From positions 1-47,260 of the forward strand of contig CAIPHR010000052.1 of the NCBI GenBank assembly GCA_903864905.1: a stretch of DNA of 47,260 nucleotides, read 5' to 3'. Positions 7,570-18,094 of the stretch are shown one piece after another. The translations under genes and the position numbers were made by a program. A model generated the notes under the pieces. The model searched no databases, was not told the DNA's origin, and was given only the letters and a program-made list of their open reading frames with translations. The stretch is from an uncultured bacterium (GTDB lineage Bacteria > Patescibacteriota > Minisyncoccia > Phycocordibacterales > PALSA-1337). The stretch's first letter is position 1, and every line of letters begins with the position of its first letter.

Positions 7570-9075
7570 ATGGATGACAATATCATTTTAGAGCCATCAA
7601 CAAAATCTGCAACAGAAAATGAAACTCCAGTGACAAAAGGCGTAGACGCCAATACTGATCTGGATCCAGATTCAAAATATGTACCAGAACAAGTTTTTGA
7701 TATATCTTCTGATCTGAATATTTCACCAGTAAATGATGATCCGCCACTAGAAGCAAATTCTGCTTCTATAACTTTCAAGGCTGTAGCACCTGCAGCTATT
7801 TCAATAATAAAACCCGAACCTGTACCAGTACCAGGGCCAATGGTACAACCAATATCAACCACACCAGGTAGTATACAAGGTACAATACCTAACCCAGCAG
7901 TAGTGGTGTCAGAAGAAGTCAAAATAAAAACAATACCTCCTCAAATCAAGCCAGTTGAAAAAGAACCGGATGTAACTACTACAAACGTAGACAGTGAAGG
8001 CCATATTATTGAAGGGTTGAGAACATATGAAAGTGATGTAGCAAAATTGATATCAACAAGAGGTACATCTGCAGTCAATATGATCATGGCTGAAAAAAGA
8101 AAAGAGGCTGAAAAAGAAAAGGTAGTTATAAATACAAACCAACCAGTTTCTCATAAAAAAGAAATAATCATGTTTACTAGTGTTGCACTCATCCTTATAG
8201 GTCTAGCTGGAGCATATTACTTCTATAGTATTAGTCCTTTTGCAACAGTAACTCCTCCAGTTCAACAGTCCAAGGTAAACCCAATAGTTCCATCTGATTC
8301 ACAAATTACTATGAGTATAGACGGGCTCGATTCGAATAGAATTATTTCATCTATCCGAAATATTGTGCAACAAAAACACAATCCTGGAACAATTATTGAA
8401 ATAATTCCGTATACAACAGACTCAAATAACATAAAAAGTCGTGTGATCGCACAACAGATGATCAAAAATATGAAAATTCCTGCTCCAGATACTCTATCTA
8501 GATCACTTACCCCATCATGGATGCTCGGTGTATATACAGACAAAAATAATACAAAAAATGTTTTCGTCGTAATAACGAATAATTTCTTCCAGAATGCGTT
8601 TGCTGGCATGCTCTCATGGGAAAATGTTATGCCCGATGATTTCAAACAATATTTATTCTCTGTAACACCTCTCAGTTTATCCAATACCAAATCTCCAGAA
8701 AATATTACTCCTGCAAACAATATAAACTCTCTACAAAATATTGAGTCAATACTTTCAACAAGTACCCAATCTAGTACATCTACAGCTAGAAGAGCTCAAG
8801 CAACAACAACTCTCGCAACTACAACTATAGCGACTACAACTTCCTCTACAACTCCTATAGAAATACCAAAACCTGTTATCCCGTACTTTAGTCTGCGTGG
8901 CCAATTCCAGGACAAGATCGTTAGAAATAAAGATGTGCGAGAGTTTATATCAACCACAGGCACAACAGTTTTTCTGTACTCATTTATAGATAACAATCAC
9001 ACTGTTATAACAACCAATGAAGCTACGCTAGCCGAGATCCTAACTAGACTTGAAAGACAAGCTTATATAAGATAA
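7570..9075 (+). CDS. Hypothetical bitopic membrane protein
   Basis: 501-aa ORF; Pro-rich N-terminus, one TM segment (IIMFTSVALILIGLAGAYYFY), Thr/Ser-rich tract. Confidence 0.75.
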   Translation: MDDNIILEPSTKSATENETPVTKGVDANTDLDPDSKYVPEQVFDISSDLNISPVNDDPPLEANSASITFKAVAPAAISIIKPEPVPVPGPMVQPISTTPGSIQGTIPNPAVVVSEEVKIKTIPPQIKPVEKEPDVTTTNVDSEGHIIEGLRTYESDVAKLISTRGTSAVNMIMAEKRKEAEKEKVVINTNQPVSHKKEIIMFTSVALILIGLAGAYYFYSISPFATVTPPVQQSKVNPIVPSDSQITMSIDGLDSNRIISSIRNIVQQKHNPGTIIEIIPYTTDSNNIKSRVIAQQMIKNMKIPAPDTLSRSLTPSWMLGVYTDKNNTKNVFVVITNNFFQNAFAGMLSWENVMPDDFKQYLFSVTPLSLSNTKSPENITPANNINSLQNIESILSTSTQSSTSTARRAQATTTLATTTIATTTSSTTPIEIPKPVIPYFSLRGQFQDKIVRNKDVREFISTTGTTVFLYSFIDNNHTVITTNEATLAEILTRLERQAYIR

Positions 9076-9086
9076 TATACAGCTAT

Positions 9087-9452
9087 ATGAATAAAAATGA
9101 TATTGAACAATTCAAAAAGAAGCTAGTTATAGAAAAAAGTGAACTTGAACAAGAACTTGCATCAATAGGCCAGAAAGACCCAAACATAAAAGGTGTCTGG
9201 GATGCAACGACCAGTGGGATGGAGGTGGATAATGCAGATGAAAACGAGGTTGCAGACAAGTTGGAAGAGTATGAAAGTAACAATAATATTCTTAGTCAGT
9301 TGGACAATCAATTAAATGACGTCAACTCAGCACTATTCAAAATAGAAAAAGGTACATACGGACTATGTGAAAAATGTAATAAACCTATTGAAAAAGATAG
9401 ACTGGAAGCCAACCCATCTGCCAAAATTTCTATAAAACACGGACACAACTAA
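9087..9452 (+). CDS. DksA/TraR family protein
   Basis: Coiled coil with acidic tip (DENEVAD); ALFKIEKGTYGLCEKC..I...RLEANPSA. Confidence 0.85.
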   Translation: MNKNDIEQFKKKLVIEKSELEQELASIGQKDPNIKGVWDATTSGMEVDNADENEVADKLEEYESNNNILSQLDNQLNDVNSALFKIEKGTYGLCEKCNKPIEKDRLEANPSAKISIKHGHN

Positions 9453-9548
9453 TACCACTGAACAGAAACCGCGACTTTTATTGCTTCTTTATCAAATTTT
9501 GAACATAAATTTATCTAGAATTTATCGACGATCTGGTATCATCGCTAT

Positions 9549-11078
9549 ATGGGTATATCAAAATCATATAGTGTTCAACTCGTCGGCTTACAAGCTGAGA
9601 CGATATGTGTAGAGGTAGACATATCCAATGGTCTACATGCCTTTTCTATAGTTGGTCTAGGTGATAGGGCAGTTGAAGAAGCAAAAGACCGAGTATCAGC
9701 GGCTATAAAGAATAGCCATTTCGTATCACCAAAACAAAAAAACCAAAAAGTCGTAGTTTCTCTTGCACCAGCTGATATGAGAAAAGAAGGACCATCTTTC
9801 GATCTCGCAATTGCATTAACATATCTTTCAGCGACTGGTGATATAAACTTCGATTATACAAATAAGATATTCCTTGGTGAATTGTCACTAGAAGGGAATA
9901 TTCGCAAAACTAATGGAATACTACCGATATTATGCCAAATATCCAATCTAGGATTCAAAGAAGCCTTCATACCGAAAGGAAATGAAACTGAGGCTTCTAT
10001 GGCTAGAAATATAATAATATATGCAGTTAGTACATTGACAGAGGTAGTCGATCATCTGTCTGGAACATCTATGTTGAGCCCGATAATAGCGTACGATATG
10101 GATAATATCTCTATACAAAAAAACAACTTTGTAGATATGAAAGTCATACGCGGACATGACATGGTCAAGAGAGGATTGGAAATCGCGGCTGCGGGTGCAC
10201 ATAACCTCATGATGTCAGGACCACCAGGAACAGGTAAAACTATGCTCGCTCAAAGTTTTACATCTATCCTACCTGCTTTAACCTATGAACAATCAGTTGA
10301 AGTAACAGGTATTCATTCAGCAGCAAGGACATTGAATGAAAACCTGATAGTTTACCCACCTTTCAGAGCACCACACCATACTGCATCATATCCAGCGATC
10401 GTTGGTGGTGGAAACTTTCCAAAACCTGGAGAGATAACTCTCGCCCATCGTGGCGTACTATTCATGGATGAATTTCCAGAATTTGATAGATCTGTCATAG
10501 AAGCTTTGCGGCAGCCACTAGAAGATAGAACTATCACAATATCTAGAGCTCGCGGTGCTGTCACTTTCCCAGCACAATGTATATTTCTAGCTTCAATGAA
10601 CCCTTGTCCATGCGGAAGGGGTGGAGAAAGGGGATGTCTATGTCCACAACATGTATTAGAGGCATATAGGAGAAAAATATCTGGACCTATTACAGATAGG
10701 CTAGATATTTGGCTCAATGTACACAAGATTGATTATGAAAAGATGACAGAAAAAATATCCTCTGGGGAAGATTCCTCTACAATCCGCAACAGGGTTATAA
10801 AAGCACGCACTATACAGTCTGATAGATACAAGAAATTCAATATAAACAAATCATACAATGGTGAAATGAACGCTAGTGATATAGAAAAATTGATCAATCT
10901 TGATGATGTTGCAAAGAAAACGATTCGATCATCAGCAGAGAAGATGGAGCTATCAGGACGATCGTTCCATAGGATTCTCAAGGTTGCACAAACTATCAGT
11001 GATCTAGGTAATAGAGACATTATAACCGAACCAGATATATTGGAAGCTCTGCAATACCGTAGAAAAATGACTGATTAG
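9549..11078 (+). CDS. comM: ComM/YifB Mg-chelatase-like AAA+ ATPase
   Basis: KEGPSFDLAIA, GPPGTGKTMLA, PFRAPHH, GEITLAHRGVLFMDEFPEF, MNPCPCG. Confidence 0.93.
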   Translation: MGISKSYSVQLVGLQAETICVEVDISNGLHAFSIVGLGDRAVEEAKDRVSAAIKNSHFVSPKQKNQKVVVSLAPADMRKEGPSFDLAIALTYLSATGDINFDYTNKIFLGELSLEGNIRKTNGILPILCQISNLGFKEAFIPKGNETEASMARNIIIYAVSTLTEVVDHLSGTSMLSPIIAYDMDNISIQKNNFVDMKVIRGHDMVKRGLEIAAAGAHNLMMSGPPGTGKTMLAQSFTSILPALTYEQSVEVTGIHSAARTLNENLIVYPPFRAPHHTASYPAIVGGGNFPKPGEITLAHRGVLFMDEFPEFDRSVIEALRQPLEDRTITISRARGAVTFPAQCIFLASMNPCPCGRGGERGCLCPQHVLEAYRRKISGPITDRLDIWLNVHKIDYEKMTEKISSGEDSSTIRNRVIKARTIQSDRYKKFNINKSYNGEMNASDIEKLINLDDVAKKTIRSSAEKMELSGRSFHRILKVAQTISDLGNRDIITEPDILEALQYRRKMTD

Positions 11079-12217
11079 AAAGGATTTTGTGCACCTCTTA
11101 TCTCAAAGTGTATATGTGGACCATATGTCCAACCAGTCATACCAATATTGCCTATCTTTTGGCCCTGTTGTACTTTTTCACCGACCGAAACCGTTGGCTT
11201 GGTCATATGCGCATATAGAGTCTGGGTTCCATTACCATGAGAAATAACAACATAATTTCCATAACCACCATTCCAAAAACCATTTGTCTTGGCTATTATC
11301 ACGGTACCTCCTGCTGAAGCAAGTATAGATGTACCAACAGGAGCAGCAAGGTCGATAGCATTGTGACCATGCAAACATTGACTCCTATAGCCACCAGAAA
11401 CAGGTCTGGAATAATACTTTGTATATGCTGGTAATTTCTTTCCTGCATCGATAAGTGGCTCAATCCTTGAATCCCTAGTTCCACATTTAGCAACAATATT
11501 GATAGATATATTGGCTGGACTTGAGTTATCTCCTGAAACTTCAGCGTCTGGAACAATGATAGTCTGGCCGACGACTATAGCAGTAGACACTGTCATATCA
11601 TTATAACTCAATATATCATTGGTAAATTGATCCAAATCTTCTGAATTTGCACCAAAATGTTTAGCTATACCTTTGATCGTATCACCTTTCTTTACCGTAT
11701 AGGAAATACCTGAAATAGGGAGTATAACTAGCGTCTGACCAATCTTCAATGTTGATTTCCCTGTAAGATCATTGGCCCAAAGTATTGTATTCACTGAAAC
11801 TTTGAACATTTTAGCTACTCCAGATATCGTATCTCCCTGTCGTACAATATAGGTACTAATCTGCATATTGGAAGTATCTACACTATCAGCATTACTACTA
11901 GCTAGATCTGAATTCAAAGTATTGTTATTATCTACAGGAACAATATCTGATCTCTTCTCTGGGTTTGGATCAATATTAACTGCATAATATTGAAGGATAG
12001 GAAATGTTTGTGAATTTGTAGACGGGATCTTTCTATCAACTTTAGCCGATACTGATTCAGTATAAAACATAGAAGACAACGTCGAAACTATACCAGCTTG
12101 TGCCGTATCATGAAAAATAATTGCAGAAATAAATATAAAAACAAAAACCACTAGGGTGGTAAATATAATGTTATAAAAATAACTAGATTTTATTTTATTT
12201 TTTTGTTCTAATTTCAT
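11075..12217 (-). CDS. LysM x2 plus M23 peptidase
   Basis: YIVRQGDTIS and YTVKKGDTI LysM repeats; HNAIDLAA, YAHM and GPHIHFEI M23 motifs; N-terminal TM. Confidence 0.92.
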   Translation of the reverse strand: MKLEQKNKIKSSYFYNIIFTTLVVFVFIFISAIIFHDTAQAGIVSTLSSMFYTESVSAKVDRKIPSTNSQTFPILQYYAVNIDPNPEKRSDIVPVDNNNTLNSDLASSNADSVDTSNMQISTYIVRQGDTISGVAKMFKVSVNTILWANDLTGKSTLKIGQTLVILPISGISYTVKKGDTIKGIAKHFGANSEDLDQFTNDILSYNDMTVSTAIVVGQTIIVPDAEVSGDNSSPANISINIVAKCGTRDSRIEPLIDAGKKLPAYTKYYSRPVSGGYRSQCLHGHNAIDLAAPVGTSILASAGGTVIIAKTNGFWNGGYGNYVVISHGNGTQTLYAHMTKPTVSVGEKVQQGQKIGNIGMTGWTYGPHIHFEIRGAQNPF

Positions 12218-12520
12218 AATACCTTTTACATTTTTGCAAGTCTTCCATACTAGATTATATCTGACCCTATAAAACAGTATATTGCAACAAATGGCTTCAT
12301 TGAGCCACCTCTCACAATCTAACTAAGTTATTACCCCTATAGGTTATCAGCAAGCAAAATAATGTCAACGTCATCTGTGTATAACTATTTTACTTGTATA
12401 TATGTCAATATGTGTTGTATTATTTCGATCGACTAATATTAGATTCTCCTATAACATGAGATGCCCAAAAGATTGTCCTCAAAAAATATTCGTATTTGTA
12501 ATATATGCTAAACTAGCACG

Positions 12521-14455
12521 ATGAATACACTGAACGAAGCACAACAAAAAGCTGTAGAAACTATCGATGGACCTGTACTCATCGTTGCTGGTGCAGGTTC
12601 TGGTAAGACCAGAGTCATAACACAGCGAATACTTCATCTCATAAAAACTGGTGTTGCACCTACCAATATACTAGCTATCACATTTACGAACAAAGCAGCG
12701 AAAGAAATGCGTGAAAGGGTACGCTCATTACTTTCTAGTGATAAGAGTCTCAATCTGCCTGTTTCCATGAATGAAAGGCCGTTTATCAGTACTTTCCATG
12801 CATTGGGAGTACATATTATCAAGGAAAACGCTAGATTATTGTCGTTAACTAGACATTTTACTATATTTGACCGTGGTGACTCTCGTAGAGCTATAAAAGA
12901 TGCAATGTTACAATGTAGTGTTGATCCAAAGAAATTTGATCCTGGTGTGATATTGAACATGATTTCACGATCAAAAGGAGATGGTATCAATCGTCTAGCA
13001 TATTTTGACCATGCAAATGGATATACTGAGGAAATCACAGCACAAATATGGGAGAAATACGAGATAATCCTCGCGAAAGAAAAAGCCTTGGATTTCGATG
13101 ACCTATTGTTGAAAACTGCAGAACTATTGGAAAAATATCCACCAGTACTAGAGCATTATTCAGAAGTATGGAAATACATGCACGTTGATGAGTATCAAGA
13201 TACAAATAAAATACAATACAGAATAGTCAAACTCCTAGCAGAAAAAAATAAGAATCTATGCGTAGTCGGTGATGCTGATCAGAATATTTACAGCTGGAGA
13301 GGTGCAACTATAGAAAATATCTTAAATTTTGAAAAAGATTTTCCGAATGCAACAGTTATTACGCTAGAAAAGAATTACAGATCAACAAAAAATATTTTGG
13401 CGGCAGCAAATAATGTAATAGAAAAGAATACACTGAGAAAAAAGAAAACACTTTTTACAGACAATGATAAAGGAGAAAAAATATCTCTTACAGCTTCATA
13501 TACAGAGAATGATGAAGCGCGAAGTATTGCTGATACAAGTCGAAGTCTCATATCTTCTGGCATAAGTCCGAGAGAGATCGCTGTTTTGTACAGAACAAAT
13601 TTTCAATCTAGAGTTCTAGAGGAATCATTCATAAAGAAAAATATTCCTTATCAATTGGTTGGTGTACGATTCTTTGAAAGAAAAGAAATAAAAGATATTC
13701 TCTCATATATTCGTGCTGCTCTGAATAGGGAATCATGGTCAGATATCGGCAGGATCATCAATGTGCCAACGAGAGGGATTGGCAAAGCAACAATAGCAAA
13801 AATTATGGCTGGACAAAGCAGTGAACTTCCTCAAAATATGAAGCAAAAGCTAGCTAATTTCTGGAAATTGCTAGATGATATAAAGAAAGAAATTGCAGAA
13901 AATAAACCATCAGAAACAGTAAAATTTGTCATACGAGAGACTGGCATAGAAAAAAGTATGGATGATGGTGATACAGAAAACGAAGAGAGAGTTCTAAACA
14001 TGCACGAATTGGTAACAGTCGCTCTACAATATGACACAATGGGTAGTGAAGATGGTATAGAGTCTCTTCTTTCCAATGCTGCATTGGCAACTGATCAGGA
14101 TGATCTACAGAAAAATGAAGACGCAGTAAAACTCATGACTGTTCATGCTGCAAAAGGACTAGAGTTTGATCATGTATTCATAACGGGCATGGAGCAAGAT
14201 CTGTTTCCTTTCAAACATATGGACGCATCCCCTGTGAGTAAATCAGAGGAAGAGGAAGAGAGAAGATTGTTTTACGTTGCTCTAACCAGAGCTAGAAAAA
14301 AAGTATATCTGAGTCATACAATTCTGAGAACTGTATTCGGTAGCCAGAGGATCAACAACCCATCTGAATTTATAGATGATATAGAAAAAGATCTGATCGA
14401 TGACCGAGCGCAAGAGAAACCTAGTGGAGCAAAAGCAATATTCATTGATTTCTAA
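12521..14455 (+). CDS. pcrA: UvrD/PcrA DNA helicase
   Basis: AGAGSGKT, TFTNKAA, VDEYQDTN, VGDADQNIYSWRGA, LMTVHAAKGLEF, EERRLFYVALTRA. Confidence 0.93.
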   Translation: MNTLNEAQQKAVETIDGPVLIVAGAGSGKTRVITQRILHLIKTGVAPTNILAITFTNKAAKEMRERVRSLLSSDKSLNLPVSMNERPFISTFHALGVHIIKENARLLSLTRHFTIFDRGDSRRAIKDAMLQCSVDPKKFDPGVILNMISRSKGDGINRLAYFDHANGYTEEITAQIWEKYEIILAKEKALDFDDLLLKTAELLEKYPPVLEHYSEVWKYMHVDEYQDTNKIQYRIVKLLAEKNKNLCVVGDADQNIYSWRGATIENILNFEKDFPNATVITLEKNYRSTKNILAAANNVIEKNTLRKKKTLFTDNDKGEKISLTASYTENDEARSIADTSRSLISSGISPREIAVLYRTNFQSRVLEESFIKKNIPYQLVGVRFFERKEIKDILSYIRAALNRESWSDIGRIINVPTRGIGKATIAKIMAGQSSELPQNMKQKLANFWKLLDDIKKEIAENKPSETVKFVIRETGIEKSMDDGDTENEERVLNMHELVTVALQYDTMGSEDGIESLLSNAALATDQDDLQKNEDAVKLMTVHAAKGLEFDHVFITGMEQDLFPFKHMDASPVSKSEEEEERRLFYVALTRARKKVYLSHTILRTVFGSQRINNPSEFIDDIEKDLIDDRAQEKPSGAKAIFIDF

Positions 14456-14507
14456 TCTAGTATTTTTATTGATTGTACACAAATCGTATTACATGTAATA
14501 TCTCATT

Positions 14508-15401
14508 ATGGATCTACCAGCAAAAAAATCACTTGGCCAACATTTTTTGACATCCAGACATGTACTAGAACAGATAATATCTGCATCAAAGATACAAAAA
14601 GGTGAGTATATATTGGAAATAGGACCAGGAACTGGAATATTGACCAGAAGCCTACTCGAAGCAGGTGCGAATGTTCTAGCTATTGAAAAGGATAATCGCG
14701 CTATCGATCTACTACGTGAAAAATTCAGTAATGAATGTCAAAATGGGCAATTGAGTGTAATAGAGGGGGATATTTTGGATAAAACATTCAATTTTATTGA
14801 TCTTTTTTCAGATTTTAAACGAAATAATCCATACTCAGAGCCAAAATATGGCAATAATTCAGTAAAACGTGCCAATTATTCTATAGTTTCAAATATCCCT
14901 TATTACATAACAGGTGCAATACTAGAAAAATTCCTAGAACATGAACCTAGACCAAATCGTATGATTTTACTAGTTCAAAAGGAGGTTGCAGATAGAATCG
15001 TATCAAGATCATCTACCGACATAGAAAAGGGCAACAGAAAGGAAAGTATACTGTCTATATCAGTAAAAGCCTTTGGTGAGCCATATTTTATCGCAAAAGT
15101 ACCGAGAGGCGCATTCTCGCCACCACCAAATGTTGATTCGGCTATTCTGACTATAGAAAATATCTCTGATCATCATTTTAAGGAAAATAATGTTGACATA
15201 AATGACTTTTTTTCCATTCTCAAGGCTGGTTTTGCTCATAAAAGAAAATTTGCATTGAACAATATTACAGAACGAATTCCAGATATTGAAAAAATAGAAA
15301 ATATCAGGAAAACATGGTCCGACCTAAAACTAGACAATAAAATAAGAGCGGAAAAAATATCACTTTCTGACTGGTTTCTCATAGCAAGTAAAATCTCATA
15401 A
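14508..15401 (+). CDS. rsmA: 16S rRNA dimethyladenosine methyltransferase
   Basis: KKSLGQHFL, EIGPGTG, SNIPYYIT, QKEVADRI, FSPPPNVDSA. Confidence 0.95.
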   Translation: MDLPAKKSLGQHFLTSRHVLEQIISASKIQKGEYILEIGPGTGILTRSLLEAGANVLAIEKDNRAIDLLREKFSNECQNGQLSVIEGDILDKTFNFIDLFSDFKRNNPYSEPKYGNNSVKRANYSIVSNIPYYITGAILEKFLEHEPRPNRMILLVQKEVADRIVSRSSTDIEKGNRKESILSISVKAFGEPYFIAKVPRGAFSPPPNVDSAILTIENISDHHFKENNVDINDFFSILKAGFAHKRKFALNNITERIPDIEKIENIRKTWSDLKLDNKIRAEKISLSDWFLIASKIS

Positions 15402-15476
15402 CTTATTGCTGTCATACATAATACGTTATCCCCAAAAAGATGAGGAATAAACAATGTTTCTTGCTATAATTGTTGC

Positions 15477-16364
15477 ATGGTAATTGCCCGCCCTCGTTCA
15501 CAAACGTTGATCATATCTGTCGTATGCGTTATTGCTATTGCAATAGTATTATTGATGACAAAAAATGGCATAGCATCTCCTCAAAACTCAGACCAAAATA
15601 TTGTTAATTCCAGAGTAGATATAGGAGCTGCTACAAATACAAACCCTATATCAAACAATGACGATTGGAAAAAATCCTTCATAACAGATACGGTGACTAC
15701 TGGTAGATCTCAAGCTTCATCAACTTCTGTATTAGATGCCCCAGAAGAAACTATGACTGGGATTTTTGGTAAGAATACATTGATCAGTTATATGGCCCTC
15801 AAACAAACAGGCATGAATGCTGATCCAGACTCAATAGATGCGGCTGGACAAACTGTTATATCATCTGCTATCAATTCCAAAACTCCTACATTTTATGTTA
15901 TTGATGATCTAAATATAACGACGAGATCTGGAGTAGATGCACTAGCTGTTTTCAATGTAGAAATTGCAAATACTTTTTCTTTATACACTGCGAAACAAAA
16001 TGAAACCACGATCGCTAGTCAATCTGTAGAAAAGAAAGATCCTGAATTACTAAAGAAAATATCCCCAATAATAACAAACTACCAGCAGATTATCGACAAT
16101 TTAAGGAAGATGCAAACTCCATCAGTGCTGTCTATGGATATGTTAAAACTTATCAACGGTTTCAGTGTCATGAAATTCAATGCGGAATCATTACAAATGA
16201 TCCACAGTGATCCTCTACGTGGCTTACTCGGTATCAATAATTATCAAGACGGGATAAGACAGATCATGGATGCGATCATCAGCCTGCGAGCAAATATAGA
16301 ATCGAGAGGAGGAAAACTGATATTTGATGGAAATTTTATCAATGTAATGTTGAGTATTTCTTGA
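15477..16364 (+). CDS. Hypothetical membrane-anchored protein, first gene of the T4SS-like cluster
   Basis: 295-aa ORF, N-terminal TM, helical C-terminus. Confidence 0.7.
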   Translation: MVIARPRSQTLIISVVCVIAIAIVLLMTKNGIASPQNSDQNIVNSRVDIGAATNTNPISNNDDWKKSFITDTVTTGRSQASSTSVLDAPEETMTGIFGKNTLISYMALKQTGMNADPDSIDAAGQTVISSAINSKTPTFYVIDDLNITTRSGVDALAVFNVEIANTFSLYTAKQNETTIASQSVEKKDPELLKKISPIITNYQQIIDNLRKMQTPSVLSMDMLKLINGFSVMKFNAESLQMIHSDPLRGLLGINNYQDGIRQIMDAIISLRANIESRGGKLIFDGNFINVMLSIS

Positions 16365-16382
16365 ATAAATATTTCATAAAAA

Positions 16383-18074
16383 ATGAAAAGATATATTTCA
16401 CATAAACTTGCCCTTCTAGCTATGACTATAGCAACTATATCAATTATATTTTTTCCATTTGGAGCAAGAGCACAAAGCCTTAGCGGCATCGCTGGTGGTG
16501 TTGGTGGCTCTATAGTATCTTGTACATTAACGGGTCTATTGGGAAGCATCAATATCGGTAGTTTACTTGGTGGGGCACCAAGTATACCAGCAGTAGGTGG
16601 TGTTGGTGGTAGTAGTGAAGTTCCTGTAAAAGATCAGAGGGTTAGAGATAATACTGATTCCATAAAAGCGAGCCAGACTTTCCAAAAACAAAAAGAGTGT
16701 TCACTAGACGGACTAGCTTGGGCAGTTGGTGCGCAACTACTACGAGCAATGTCAGATGAGATCATCAACTGGATCAATGGAGGATTCAATGGTTCACCTG
16801 CTTTCATGCAAGACCCAGAAGCATTCTTTTTGGACCAAGCCGATCAATTGACCGGTGCCTTCATAAGCGCTAACGGCCCACTAAAGGGACTTTGCGGATC
16901 CTTCGGTTTGGATATAAAACTTTCTTTGGCAACAAGACAAGTCAGTCGTATTCAAGATAGATACAAATGTACACTGAGTTCTATTGTAAGGAATGCTAGC
17001 AATGCACATCTAAATGTTTCTGTTGGAACAAGTCCAAATGGCGCAACCTTGGGATCTCTTACCGATGGAAGTGTACTTGGCAACTCCAATCAATTGAGTG
17101 TGAATGGAAACAGTGTGAATGGTATACAAAGTACTTTTGAAAAAGGTGGTGGTTGGGCTGGTTTCCTAGCACTAACTACCGAACCACAGAATAGTCCTGT
17201 AGGAGCATATCTCATGAGCAGGGCTGACCTAGATGCACAGATAGCCAATAGAAAAAAGAATACAAACACTGAACTAGATCGTGGTAATGGATTCTTCTCT
17301 TGGAAAAAATGTACACCGAGTGCTACTACACCAGGAGCACAAAAATGCGAAATACAAACTCCTGGTTCTGTCATAGAGAGTTCTCTCAACAAAACACTTG
17401 GAGCTTCTGTTGATAGGTTGAATGCTGCTCATGAATTGAATGAGATCATCGATGCTTTCTTCAGTAAACTACTCACAACAACATTGAAAAATGGACTTGG
17501 TACCATCAGTCTCAAAGCTTCTGGACAAACACAGTCTATGTTGAGTCAACTATCAGCAAATAGTGCATCTGCAACTAGTGCTTCTAGTGCTGCTACACTA
17601 CAACAGATGTCATCAAACACTAGTACATACATACAACCGATGACTGATTTCAAATACTTTAGAGATCAAACATTGTCTTCACTTCAGGCTGAACAGTTCT
17701 ATTCAAATTCAGTGCTCGCTGCTTGTCAGAACCAAGGTAGTCGCAATCAAGATGTTATCGATAGTCTAACTACTTATATAGAAGAAACTATAACCCCAAT
17801 GGTTAATCTTGCCCAAGTCAATGCGACTGATGCCGAAACTCGCTTGACCGCTATACAGAACCTACAGACAGCAGTCCAGTCAGGTGATACTCAAGGCGCT
17901 AGTACTATCTATGCACAGATAATAGGGAACAACTACCTAGTATCTGTTAGTGATCTGCAGACAGCACACGAAAATGTTGGTATCGCTACAACTACAGCAA
18001 ATACTTGGCGTATTCAGGAAAATAGGTATGGTTTGCAATGCGGTCTCTCGAATGCAAGTTCGACACAGATGTAG
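16383..18074 (+). CDS. Hypothetical secreted Cys-containing protein (possibly VirB5/TrbJ-like segment)
   Basis: Signal peptide ending ARAQ, Gly-rich linker, VPVKD motif followed by a helical region, several Cys; family assignment is inference. Confidence 0.6.
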   Translation: MKRYISHKLALLAMTIATISIIFFPFGARAQSLSGIAGGVGGSIVSCTLTGLLGSINIGSLLGGAPSIPAVGGVGGSSEVPVKDQRVRDNTDSIKASQTFQKQKECSLDGLAWAVGAQLLRAMSDEIINWINGGFNGSPAFMQDPEAFFLDQADQLTGAFISANGPLKGLCGSFGLDIKLSLATRQVSRIQDRYKCTLSSIVRNASNAHLNVSVGTSPNGATLGSLTDGSVLGNSNQLSVNGNSVNGIQSTFEKGGGWAGFLALTTEPQNSPVGAYLMSRADLDAQIANRKKNTNTELDRGNGFFSWKKCTPSATTPGAQKCEIQTPGSVIESSLNKTLGASVDRLNAAHELNEIIDAFFSKLLTTTLKNGLGTISLKASGQTQSMLSQLSANSASATSASSAATLQQMSSNTSTYIQPMTDFKYFRDQTLSSLQAEQFYSNSVLAACQNQGSRNQDVIDSLTTYIEETITPMVNLAQVNATDAETRLTAIQNLQTAVQSGDTQGASTIYAQIIGNNYLVSVSDLQTAHENVGIATTTANTWRIQENRYGLQCGLSNASSTQM

Positions 18075-18094
18075 ATCCACAACATCAATAATAT

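Noticed and set aside
14792..14867. Palindromic insertion explaining the extra loop in RsmA
   Set aside because: Only weak AT-rich pairing (TTTTATTGA/TCAGTAAAA, CCATA/TATGG) and no similarity to the polA element.
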